From the human T2T-CHM13v2.0 reference genome, Homo sapiens, in assembly GCF_009914755.1 (NCBI RefSeq), contig NC_060926.1: a stretch of DNA of 64,000 bases; one strand, given 5' to 3'. Shown here piece after piece: positions 25,533 to 38,330 of the stretch. The notes beneath the pieces were generated by a model. It had not been told where the DNA came from and made no database searches. It saw only the letters and a program-made list of their open reading frames with translations. Position 1 is the first letter of the stretch; every line of letters starts with the position of its first letter. The position numbers and the translations under genes are program-made.

Positions 25533-26939
25533 TGGGTTAAGAGCTCAGCTTCTTAAACCAAAACAACAAAAAAAATTTTCCTGGTGTTGCCCTCAACATG
25601 TCTGACAGTTTTAATATATAAACTAAGCATGTAAACTTAAAATGGTTGTGGGAATTTCCCTAGAGAAAAAAAATCCCAAGCATGATCTGTCAAAAATAAT
25701 AAAAATAGAACTTTGTCATTCCGTCAGCCAAGGCCCAAAGGAAGTTGAATTAGAGCAGCAGAAGAATGTATTGCTTTTGGCTGAACGACATATCTGATGA
25801 TGCTAATTATCGTCTTGAACACAGGCATGACTCAGTGGCAAAAGACTGGTGGAAAGGCTGCCAAGATCTGAGACTGTGTGTATACAGGCCCCTGGGATCT
25901 GACATGGTTGAAAGGTTTGCTCCTTCCAATTTGCTTTAGGCCATTTACATGACTGAATAGCAATAGAGTCCAAAAAAATATGTTTCGCCACTTACTTGAA
26001 CATAGGATTACAAGGAGCAAAATGCTCACTATTGTTTCCCTTACTCAAAAGTTGTATTGATTTAGATTTTTTTTAAAAAAGATAAATCTCTATCTGGGAA
26101 TCTTCCACCTTAACTACTCTCCTTGAATTGATTTTGAAATGCAAACTCTCCAACTAGGTTAATATTTGAATGTGTACATGCAAGATCATAGAGGGGGTCA
26201 TTTGTTAAAACCAACGAAGCAGAATATAAGTGAATTGAAGTAAGTCTTTACCATACTAGCATTGATGTGCATACAGACATTACCTGCATTACCTGTGTGT
26301 GTTTGTAGTGCTTCAGTTGTCTACAGAGAAAAAAAAAAGAACATATTTAAAATGAGGTATAGTGTAAACAGCCCTATACTGGAGTCCTGTAGTCTTTAAG
26401 CTATTATGAAACAATTATGATTTACCTGATAGAACTTAAGAGATGGAGCTTGGAGTTGACCCAAGATCTTCTGATTGTAGGCCATAAAGTAGCTTTATAC
26501 TAATTCCTTGAAAGTACTGCATCTCTGAAATGAGGGGCTAAAAAAGAAACTCTGTGAACTTCTGAATTAGGAACAGTTCAAGTATTGTATCTACTTCTCA
26601 CTAGGTATGATCTCAGATAAATCATATAACCCCATTAAGTTTATTTGCTAATGTATACAGTTGTGATGCTAAATGCACCTCAAAGAACTTTTAACTGTGA
26701 TAAGGGCCAGACAATGAAACACCAGTGCAGGAAAATGCTCACAAGCATCTTGGCTACCATCTTTCCATGTGAGAAAAGCCTTTAGATAGAATTTTGCAAA
26801 ATATCTTGCAAACTTAAGTATAATATTACATTGTAGAATGCTGCTTCCTCTCTTTAAATATAAACTTGACCTTATTCATTGGTGATGCTGAATACTAACA
26901 AAATAGGAATAGTTTCCAATATGCCTATTATTTCTCTTT

Positions 26940-27125
26940 CTACGAACCAAGAACCACTCCAAGAGCTTTATATATACAAATTCATTTTATTCATACAACA
27001 ATCTACAATAGAGCCACAATTTTTATCATCCCCATTTTACAGATAAGGAAATTGCAACACAGGGAGCTTTGCCCAAGGTCCTCCAGATAGTAAATTTAAA
27101 TTCAGGCAGTCTGGCTCACAGAAAT
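26940..27125 (-). mobile_element. MIR SINE
   Basis: MIR core atcatccccattttacagataaggaaattg...tttgcccaaggtc...ttcaggcagtctggctc. Confidence 0.8.
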
Positions 27126-27249
27126 CAAGACTTGAAACCTTGGAGTCACACTGAATTTTATTTTATGCAGTATTCTTTTTTTTTTAAGCTCATGTAATGC
27201 CTCCTATCTGTAAACTTTGTTAACCAGTGATAAAATCTTCTTGACATAG

Positions 27250-27935
27250 GACTTCCTGGACAGCTCACTTCAGTCCCTGCCTATTTGAGATCCCTCCTCA
27301 CTCTCATTGTCCCTCCCACAATCAATTTTACCAAGTTTACTTACAAAGTAACCAGTTTGATCTTTTAAGAATCAGATCTCCTCTACCTCAAAAACTTTGA
27401 GAGTTCCTTTGGCCTTTCAAACAAAATATGAACTTTTGAATCTAGTGCTCAAAGCCTCCCCTGTGTACTGAACCTATATTTTTCCCTTCTGCAAATCAAG
27501 CAAATTATAGTTCTAAAATTGAAGTATAGCAGTCTCTAAAACTGTCTTGTTCTTTTTCGCATTATGTCTTTGATAGTGCCATAGCAATATCCTCTTTTCT
27601 CAAACCCAATTTCTGCCACTTGAACTCTAATCTCTGATGTAGGGTACAATTTAAATGAATCTTAACCATTAGACTCCCCCAGTGCCTTCAGCCTAGAAGT
27701 GGCTTCCCCTTTTCTGAAGAAAGTGGCACAAACTTCATGCTTTTCCTGATGAGGTTACATAAAGTCCTGATATGTTTATGTAAACCTGTTTGAGTATTTG
27801 CATGCATTATAATGGGTCTTTTGTCTGATTTTAAGATTGAAATTTTACACATCCTTATACAATCTTTGCTGCATATCAGTATACTTGGATAAATTAATTC
27901 TCAAAAATGTTCATTGAATCGCTGACTGAATGAAT
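27250..27935 (+). mobile_element. L2 3' region
   Basis: ctcaaaaactttgagagttcc...caaaatatgaacttttg...tcaaagcctccc, ending ctcaaaaatgttcattgaat...tgaatgaat. Confidence 0.6.
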
Positions 27936-29368
27936 AACTCATTGAACTGTGCTGACATTGATGGGTTTTCTACTAAGTTAATTCAATTGTCTGATTACTT
28001 AATAGCACTTCAAAAGTTCTGTTATTACACTGTATATGTATTAAAAAGTTAAAAAAGAGAAAAAGCGACTTTGGGAAGCAGAGTAAACTAAAGTGACATT
28101 TATCATTGTTCGTTACTGCAGAAGCCACATACCTGCATAGATGTATTCTTATCTTGGTTCTACCAAAACATTTCCAATGTATTAACAGACTAATAAAAAC
28201 AATAGCTGTCAATTAAACAATAAACTCTAACCCTGAATACAAAAATCTCAGGTATAATCCATAAAATCATCATTCTTTAAATGAAATTAATTCTTTGATA
28301 AACATATCTGTTAAGTTTTAGAAGAATGAACTTCAGAATTCTGTGACCTCTAAGAAAGTCAAGATCAGGCAGTAATGATCTAATACTTAACTTAGGGATA
28401 TGTTGTATTTTAAAGTGACTTATAAAATATGTATTAATGTGTGCAAATTTATGTTACAATGTTTTTAAGCAACAGTTTTGTTTAAATACTAAAAAGTAAA
28501 TAAACATCCATTCTGTTGCAATGAAGACAAGATGAGAACATCTCAGAAATACACAGAGAAACTCAAGAGTCAGCCCCATACTAGCATCTGAATCTGTTGT
28601 ATTGTTCAGAACATTTTGTGACAGATACTTTGTCTGAGGATGACAGCAGTCTATCACCTTTATGAGATTAAAGCTCTCTTTCAAATATTGGTGCCAACAC
28701 TGTTCAAATATGTCAGCAAAGTAGAAAATTCAGTGAAAACCCCTGAGGGTGAGATGCCAATTAGGCATAAAGATGCCAAGGTTTGCTCATGAGGGCTGGA
28801 AAGCGGGGAGGTCTCTGGGCTGATGTAAATAGCACAGTTTCCTAACACTCACTTATTTTCTAGTCCCACCAATTTTCAGGGATTTTGAAATTTCAGTGTT
28901 CTTTTTTTTTTTTTTTTTGGTGGGTGGGCGTGATTGAGTTTAGTGGTAATGTATCATCATCATATACACAGCCTGAAACTATTTAGACAACTTATGGCAC
29001 TGCTCTTATTAAATAATATGTCAAAACCACAGACAGGCTTAGAAAATCTATTTCTTTTATTTTACCTGGATGTTAAATTGAAACATTCCTTAGTATAACT
29101 CTCCATTAAGTTTATGTTGAAGGGCAGTGGGGGAGTTTCAGCCTCTCATCACAGGTCAGCAAAGTAAAATATATGTATATGAATCTGTATGTTAATGTTT
29201 CCGTCTCAAATCCTAAAATTTCTTTAATCTTTTATCTCTCTTTTTTCAAAATGTTGTCTCACAAAAGTAATTCACTATTAAATCATCATTAACCACTGGT
29301 GAATTACATAAAAGAGCTACTAAATATTGGATATGGTGTAATCTAATTTAATAGACAAGATAAGCAGT

Positions 29369-29791
29369 TGATATGTTTTGCATGTTTGTTCCCTCCAAAT
29401 CTCATGTTGAAATGTGATCCTCAATGTTGAAGGTGGGGTCTAGTGGTGGGTGTTTGGGTCGTGGAGGAGAATTCCTCATGAATAGCTTGGTGCTCTACCT
29501 GTGGTAATAACTGAGTTCTTGCTTTGAGTTCGTGCAACAGCTGTTTGTTTAAAATAATGTAGCACTGCCCCACTCTCTCTCTCTCGCTCCCTCGCTCCCT
29601 CTCCCACCATGTGACACACCAGCTCCCCTTCGCCTTCCATCATGAGTAAAAGCTGTCTGAGTCTTACTAGAAACTGATGCTAGTGCCATGCTTGTTATAG
29701 CCTGCAGAACCATGAGGTAAATAAATCTCTTTTCACTATAAATTACCCAGCCTCAGGTATTCCTTTACAGTATTGCAAATGGACTAACACA
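29369..29791 (+). mobile_element. MSTB-like MaLR solo LTR
   Basis: tgatatgttttgcatgtttgttccctccaaatctcatgttgaaatgtgatcc ... ataaattacccagcctcaggtattcc ... ggactaacaca. Flanks GCAGT/GTAAT. Confidence 0.9.
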
Positions 29792-30305
29792 GTAATGAGG
29801 TGGCAGGGATATGGCATTAATGGCACCAATAGCAGGTCAGTTCTCATGGGAAGGGAAGAGAAAATCTCTTAAGCAAAGATGGTGAAATAGCATGGCAAAA
29901 TGCGCTGAAAACCTGGGAGTATCATCCTATGCTTCTGGGGACATCCGAGGTGCAGGAATTAAAATGTAAGAGTACAAAAACCAATTTAATCAGTTTCTCA
30001 AGTAAAAGCAATCATAATACAGACCCAAATACACACACCCAAACATACTCATGCCTTTTAGTACAGGAATGAGGGAAAATAATGTTTAACAAGTCCCCAT
30101 TTTAAGCCTGACAGTGTGTGTTGGGTCTTTATATCTAATTTAAGAATTTAATATTTAATTTAAGACTCACACAGTGAGAGATAAATATTGTAATCCCCCT
30201 TTTACAGATACTCTGGAACATGAAAAAAGTGTCCAACTTAACATAATTTCTCAGATTGAGAAAATGAGCTAGAATACTAAATGAAGCTAAATGGAAAATA
30301 CTCTT

Positions 30306-30367
<62 letters not shown>
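30306..30367. repeat. Compound (CT)n(CA)n microsatellite
   Basis: About 11 CT units followed directly by about 20 CA units. Confidence 0.95.
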
Positions 30368-30370
<3 letters not shown>

Positions 30371-30399
30371 TGGAATGTATACTAGATGACAGAATCAGA

Positions 30400-32245
30400 A
30401 TTGAGCTAGTTCATGTCAAATTAAAACTACATGTGCTATGATTTAAAACAGAGTGTTAATTGATATTAATTAAAAAACTATCTATATGTTAAATTCCAGC
30501 AAACTTCACAAGAATTGGAAAGAGAAGGTGTTGTTAATAGTACCATGTACAAAAGGACAAAAGGGTTTTAGTTGGCAGAAGCTCAAAAGGACTCAAGTTT
30601 GTAATGTGACTACTGAAAAGTAATAGAATTTTGGCTGCATTAAGAGCAATACAACATCTGAAGCAAAGGAGGAATAATTCCATCCTGTGTTAAATAAATC
30701 AATTGTACAGTAATTTATTCTGTGAAGTTCTGTTTAGCATATTCATGAACAGATATAGAAAAGCTGGGGCACACTCTAAGGAAAGCAATTACAATATTAA
30801 AGAGACTAAAAACTACAAGGAGAAGCAGATGAAGAAACTGAGAATGGTAAGCCTAGAAGAAAGAAGACTCAAAATAAGTTGATAATTTTCATTTGAAAGA
30901 TTACCATATGGATAATCACCCAAAGAAATTTTGGTTGTCTATATAAAAAAAAGAAAAAAAGTCTCTCAAATTATACAGATAAAACATTGCAGAAAAAAAG
31001 ACAAGACATAAATAGCAAACAAACAAAATATATGTGAATATCTTTATGATTTTGGAAAAAAATAATTTCCTAAAACACGTATAAAGAAGACACAACACAT
31101 AAATGAATAATAAACTTGATTACAAAAATTAAAGTAAATGTATTGCTAAAATTTCAACAAATTCCAAACAAGTGGCAGATGGCAAGATGTCATCTACACT
31201 GCTTATCACTGAAAAAAATGGTTATTATCCAAGTGTAAAGAGAACTTATTGAATCAATAATAAGAGATCACACAGTTCAAGATCAGCAATGTATATATAT
31301 ATCATTTCACATAAGACAAAAGTCATTTGGAAAATAAACCCATAAGAAGATGCTCAAATCACTATTCATCAAGAAAATAGCAGGGATATATTTCTCTCTT
31401 ATCCATATGATTTGAAAAATTTACAAATTGTGAATTACTGGAGACAATGTGAGATAACAGGAATTCATATACTGTTAGGGGAAATATAGTTCACTACATA
31501 TATTTTATAGGGATTTTCAACAATTTTATTAAATTAAGAGTACTGCTGCCAACTCAGAAATTTTACCTCTAGGTCTATCGAAGACTTGCAGAGCAACATT
31601 CATAACACCATTTTTGGTTAGAAACATAATAACAACCACCTATGTGCACAGTGACTGTGAATACATAAAGACATTATAACCATGCAGTAGACCACTATAT
31701 CTAAGTTCAAATAAATAAATGAGCTGGATGGATATGAGCCAATATTGATAAATATTGCAATAAGAACAAACCATAGTTGAAAAAATACACTTATGGTTGA
31801 ATTTATAATAATAATTTTCTCTGGGAAGCATGTGAAGGAAATGGGTTTGGGGAGGACTATAGAGAGAGTTTTACTTTTTCTACTGTTTCTACTATGTTAA
31901 AATTGATCTGAAGTAAGTATGAATGAGAGTTTCTTAATGTTGGCTAATTCGGAGTGATGAATAAAAAGGAGTTTGCCATATTAGTTTTTTGACATGTTGT
32001 TTAAATTTTTTCTAAGATAAAAAAATGTTTTTTAGAAATGATCTATCTAGATCATTTCTATGCCCAAGAAAGGATGACACTTAGTAGCTATCTGGTTAAA
32101 ATTTTTCAGATACTGAAAGGACAGCCAAAGAGATCATGAATCCTTGAAGATTTTCAAGGCAAATTAGAATCAGAAATTTCTGCAAAAGTAGTGGAATTGG
32201 ATGTCGAGTTAAACTAAATTTTGAGGGCCCAACTAACTTGGAGAA
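30400..32245 (+). mobile_element. L3/CR1 relic (30400-30912 and 32035-32245) split by an L1ME fragment
   Basis: CR1 RT motifs ttggctgcattaagag and gatgaagaaactgagaatggtaagcctagaagaaagaagact. The 3' part resumes with tccttgaagattttcaaggc. Confidence 0.6.
30950..32030 (+). mobile_element. L1ME-type 3' fragment
   Basis: cataagaagatgctcaaatcactattcatcaagaaaat, ggaattcatatactgtt, and an old L1 3' UTR-like end. Confidence 0.55.
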
Positions 32246-34160
32246 AACATAATCTAAATGTGTGATAGATTTTAAAATATCATTTTATTTAATTATATTT
32301 TGCTTGTTCTTATCTTGCACTGATGAACATAAATAATATTTAGTTTTAAATTAAAAAAAATTAAAAGCACCACTTAAATCTGTATCCCCAAAAAAGAAAT
32401 AGAAGAGATTTCAAATTTTAAGCTACAAACTATCTTGGCTTTCTTATTTTCAGCCACGTTGTGACTCTTAGAATCAGCTTCACCAATCGTCTTTGAATTT
32501 ATGGGTCTCGAGGAGGTAGCCGCATTGTAGCAGAATTGGGAATTTTCCACTTCAACATTTAAATATGGGCAAGCAATCAAACTCGGGATTACTTGTCTGT
32601 CACTCTTCACTGATTTTATTTGCTTATTCTTACTCCGAGCCCTTTCGATTCCTCTCTGAACATCTTTGGGAAATATTACTGTGGCATTCAGTCATCCAAG
32701 AGAGCTTAACTAACGAAGAGTTGGCCAGTTTTATTCACAGAGATGAAAAGCAGGGAGCTGCATCAATGACCATGACAAGAACCAGCTAGGTAGAGAGAAT
32801 GGCTAGCCTGAACACATTTCTCCGATGGCCCAGGGATGGCTGTGGGATTTCCTAGGATCAGTGGTAGAAAGTGAATGTCAGTTCAGCTGCTGGGTGAAAA
32901 AACACCATAATTTCACAACATGACAAAAAAATCCTATTATGACCTTTGATAATTCAAGACAGCACATTGTTAGGAATTGCTGAGATAGAATAGATTCTTC
33001 AGTTTACTTTATAAATTTGATTAAGGATTCATTTTGTTTTCATTTTCATGAGCTATGACACTACATTTAGTCATTGTATTCACAACAGCCTAAACAGTTT
33101 CACAGACAGTTTTGTTCCTTTTATACAGACATAATTTTCAAACAATCTAGGTGTACTTTTAGAATGGGAATCCATTTGCTTGATACTTTCCTTGGCATGT
33201 GTCTTTTCTACTATGTCAATATGGGAAAGAAAATAAAATAAAGCTAAGAATTCTCATTTTACTTGCTCTGATTTCATGGTATTTTTCAACAGAAGTCACT
33301 TGAGTTATTTTTTCCTGATTAACACGTTTCTTCATCAACTATATTTGCAAGCCATTAAATTAGATTGCCTCCTTTTAATCTTTGCTAGCTTCAATTCTCT
33401 TATGAGGGAGAATATGTAAACTCTCAAATTTAAAATATATATGTAATTCTTAGCACTCAGAAAAAAATGCTTAATAAAATGACTTTTCATCATAATGTGC
33501 CTTAGATACGCAAATATAATAATTTAAACTTTGGATATGCATAATAAATGGGCAATGTTTTAATTAAAGAAGAAAAGCTAAATATCACATGAAAGCAGAT
33601 GGCATTTTTAAATGCAGTTTCTCTAAGTCTCTATAGAGACTTTATATTTAAAGAAGGACTCAGGCAAGAATACTGCAAAGTAAACAGTAGTGCTTGAAAC
33701 ACCAATTTATATTCCAATATAAAGCTTATCGAAATGTATTTCAAAAGTAGGTAGTGGAATCGTCATGAATTGATTGTATCATTTGACAAACAATGTAGAT
33801 AATGACAATTCCTCATCTAAATTTTAAAAAGAAAATCTGAACAGTATTAGAAAATCTTCTATTCAGAGTGAATTTTGTTTCTGTCTTGACTTACTGTGGT
33901 AAAGTATTTGAGATGGCTGCTGAGTAGGAAAAGATAGTGTCCTCTGTTATTGTTATTTTTATTTATAGTACTCCTGCTGGGACTAATATCTGGGCATTTA
34001 GTATCACATAGATAAAACATCTGGAAATATTAACTAAATATTTCTCATTTATTTTGGTATGCTATTCTCACATGAAGCCATTATAGGAGAGAACTCCATA
34101 AATTATTTCTGGCTTTACCGACAGCCAAAGGAGAACTAGATTAGTAAGAAGATTTGTACA

Positions 34161-34478
34161 GGCTGGGAGAGGTGGCTCACGCCTGTAATCCCAGCACTTT
34201 GGGAGGCCGAGACGGGTGGATCACGAGGTTAGGAGATCAAGACCATCCTGGCTAACACAGTGAAACCCTGTCTCTACTAAAAAATACACACACAAAAAAA
34301 AATTAGCCAGTCGTGGTGGCAGGCGCCTGTAGTCCCAGCTACTCAGGAGGCTGACGCAGGAGAATGGCGTGAACCTGGGAGGCTGGAGCTTGCAGTGAGC
34401 CGAGATCGCGCCACTGCACTCCAGCCTGGGCGACAGAGCAAGACTCCATCTCAAAAAAAAAAAAAAAAAAAAAAAAAG
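34161..34478 (+). mobile_element. AluY
   Basis: AluY diagnostics (gatcacgagg, gaccatcctggctaacac, agaatggcgtgaacc, gagcttgcagtgagccgagatcgcgcc). Perfect 15-bp TSD AAGAAGATTTGTACA at 34146-34160 and 34479-34493. Confidence 0.97.
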
Positions 34479-35544
34479 AAGAAGATTTGTACAAAAGAAA
34501 GTGATCACCTCACTGTATTTTTTTTTAGTTAAATTTGTTTATATACATTGTTATCAGCCATACATATTATCTTTAAAGGTAAAATAATTTACCTTGTGAA
34601 ATATACCTTCTAGCTTTTTCTTACATTCATCTCTTTACAACACCACTTGTCAAAGTTGTAACATCCTTTCAAGACCCATTTAAAACAATGAGCCTCCCTG
34701 AAACTTTTCCAAACCAGGCCATTCCTTCTACGCATGTCGTATTTGTGTCATCTTTCGTATGTAGGATCACTGTCTTATAGAGCTGTCAATTAAATGTGTG
34801 TAATCCAAGGGTCAGCATACTTCCCTTCTGACCCCCTGCTGCCACAGACTGGTCAGGATTATCTTTTACTAATATATTTAAAAGAGAAGAGCATTATCTG
34901 AAATCCATTACTGGTCATTACCCAGTTGTTGCTCTTCCCCACGGCTGACTGTTCAGTCCCAGGTCTTTTTACATTTTGAGGCTTAGCACTTCCCTAAACT
35001 AGTGGCTTCAGTGGTCTACTGCAGAGGTTCTTGATCCTTATACACTGTTATCAAGTGTTGGGAGTAAATTAAGGGAATCCATGCAGCATGGGCATAATAT
35101 AGAACTATATGCTTCACATGACAGTCCCCACAGACTAGAGAAAAATATATAAAGACACAAATCAACTTTGTAGAGGGGATTTGTTTATGCATACCCCAGG
35201 ACATAGTTACCTTTGAGTTTTTCACTCCTGTGAGAGTGATTCCTTCAAACCACCAAGCAAGTATGACTGCGTTTCAGAAAGCCCCACGTCTCCCCATAAT
35301 TACTAGTCATGTAAGTGATCCAACCCATTTCCTTCATTTTAAGTATTTGAAATGCAATAATCTTCAGCAGCATATTTTGCGAACCAAAACTGTTCAGTCT
35401 AGTAGATCATCATCTGAAAGGGTGGGATAGAGTAGAAAAGTTTAAAATAAATGTTGTCACTTTAGGTAATTATTTTTTTTACTGTGAGGAGTATTACATA
35501 TTCTCCTTGGTTATCTAATTGGGAACCTCAATATTGATTCTAAC

Positions 35545-35549
<5 letters not shown>

Positions 35550-35576
<27 letters not shown>

Positions 35577-35577
35577 C
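35550..35577. repeat. (CA)n microsatellite
   Basis: About 13 CA units. Confidence 0.9.
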
Positions 35578-37429
35578 CCACATCTCAAATATTGACCGTA
35601 TTCATATGCTCAAAGACAGTCAAAAGAAGAAAATCACTTTCCTAAACATAATATACTCTGTTTGGTACCCTGCCCATAATGGGATTATTGCTTCAAAATA
35701 ACTAGAATCAAAATATTTCTTCCTCATTGTTATAAATACAAGGCACATGCTTATTACAAATATATTAATGGTTTACTTTGTAAAGATCTGGTAGGAGATT
35801 TGAAATTAATATTTTTCTGTACTTAAAGGCAGATTTCAATGTTAGAGTAGGTTTACCCAAAATTATATTTTATAATAATGGCCCAAATGAGAATGTATTC
35901 ATCTCATATAAAAACAAACCTCCAGATTATAGAAAAGTACAAAAGTTTGCTTTCAATTCTATGAAATGTATCATTTCCTCTTCAAGGTAAGATTCATTGA
36001 ACTTTCCTTATTCATATTTGTATCTCTAATCTTATTACACAGTTGCTATTTAGTAAATGCTTTTATAAATAGTGATCATAAAGACACACACACACACACA
36101 AACACAATTGATAACACAGGATGGACTGAAAATAGAAAGTGTGCTGTAATTCATTGTCCTTCCACCCATGGAATAATTCATTCTTTTTCTATTCACTTTC
36201 TCATCTTGTTCGACATCAGTTGAATAAAATTTGCAGTTAAGTGAAGAAGTCATATATGTAAAGAAGCTCGGATATGATAATGGGAGAGGCTTTATCATAG
36301 CGCTATTAGACACTAGGGAAGCATGAGCAACAAATCCGCCTGGGACCAGAGGAAACTTCCATGAAGACAATTTTTGTGGCAAAACGTGTCTGCTGATCTT
36401 TCAACCATCATATTATTCTGTCAGGGCTTTTAAGAAACATTTGTTGTCCATTCAGTGTTTTCTAAAAGACTGATTGACTGCCGTAGTTGGGGAGATGTAT
36501 TCAATTGAAGCCCTAAGAAAGTGCAACCAATGAAAACATGTTTTCTCATTGAATGTTTTGTCCAACAACCTAGAAAAATAAAATTATAAGAGTGTAGACA
36601 GTCATATTAAAGATCTGGATAATGAAAGTTCAATAAAACATTTCCACTCTGAGACCTCACTTTAGAGACTTATTTTGTTTTTCTTTTTGTGTTACTGTTG
36701 TTGGCTTTACAGCCAATATACCTATTTGAAACCTCCACAGATGACCCTTAAATGAAGCCAATGCTTTTATGCACTTTCAGCCTCAGGCTAACATATCTTA
36801 TTTACATTTTCACAAAGGAAATAGTTTTTTATTTCTTTGCATTTGATTCATTTTGCGTTTTTTTAAGAACTCAAGATTTTGAGTGCCATAAGTTGCCCTA
36901 CCTGGGATAGTTTTTCATTGAAACTGTCATGTTTGTATACATATTAAATACATTATAAATCTGAAACAACAAATCCTAAAAACATAATAAACAAACAAAA
37001 AATGCTATTGTAGCACGGACTGGTCAAGGGACTCCATTCAGGCATCTGTTCCACCCAGTGAGTAAATAGGTTCATATGCTTAAAACTTTGGTAATGATAC
37101 AGGTGGCCATAAAGCCCTTGTGCATGACAATTTATAAGCCATCATTCCATGCTAAGATTGTGGTCATGTCTTATGATACTTATTTTAACTAATAAATAAA
37201 AGTTATATCTGGATGATGTTTCTTGATAAGGAAATTATAGTGGGCTCAACTGTTATTATGTTATTTGTCTTAACAGATTATCTAATGCAGACAACAGCAG
37301 ACATGTGCTCACATCTGAGAAAGAGCACTGCTTTAGAGGGTAAATTGGGCCACACATAGCATAGGTAGAGCTTCTGATAACTAATCAGTGGATTGAAAAT
37401 GTAGCACGCTAATCTCTGTGGGGGACAAA

Positions 37430-38330
37430 ATGGCATGCCCAAATAAATTCCTCAAATAAAACTATGTGTAAATCATGCTATAGTTTGTGAAAGGTGCAAA
37501 GCTAGATAAGACACAATTCCTATTCCTAGACACTTTTCATGCAATATAGATACAGGCATAGACAAATAATCAATTGCAGTCAATGAAAATAAATGTTACT
37601 ATAATAGAAGATTAGCAAAATGATGTGGAGAAGGTCAGAATATACTTTATCTAGGGTGTGGCATTTGACTTGAACCATTAGTTGAATCTGGAAATATAAA
37701 GCATATGGCCATTTTGAAGACTGAAGGAAAAGCTTCTGACTTTTTATTTCGGATGAATAAAATGAGATAAGGTTAAGAAATTGGCTGGCTAATAGACAGC
37801 ATTGAAGGACAGTCAAAATAGTTTAGGGTTTCTTCTATAGGTAATTAGCAGACATTGAAGAATCTTGAGGAAGGGAGTGATGCTATCTGTCTTATATTTT
37901 AGGAAGACAAGGATAACTGGCCTGTGAGTAATTAATTGCAGAGACAATTAATTGCAATAGGGTAGAATAAATATGGTTAAGACCTGGGGCACCTATGTCG
38001 AATATAGGAGAGATGAGAATAGAGGCATTAAATAAAAGAGTCGCATGCGGTGAGTTACTGATGTAGAAGATAAAAAATAAACATAAAAAGTAACTCCCAA
38101 GGTATTGGCATTGGTATCTTGGAAGTTATTAATCAAATTGGAAACACAGATGATGATCAATTTGAAGGACAAAATGACTGGATTCCAACTAAACACTGTT
38201 GAAATCAGGGAATCTAAATTTAGAATCAAAATAAAATATAGACCTGATGTTCCTGGAAGACAGAGGGTGTACATGGAGATGTGGAAAGTATTTACAGAAG
38301 TTCCAATAGTTTAAACAAATGGTCTTGAGC
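37430..38330 (-). mobile_element. L2 fragment
   Basis: gacattgaagaatcttgaggaagggagtgatgctatctg...tatttttaggaagac, taactcccaagg and aacactgttgaa resemble antisense L2. Confidence 0.55.
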
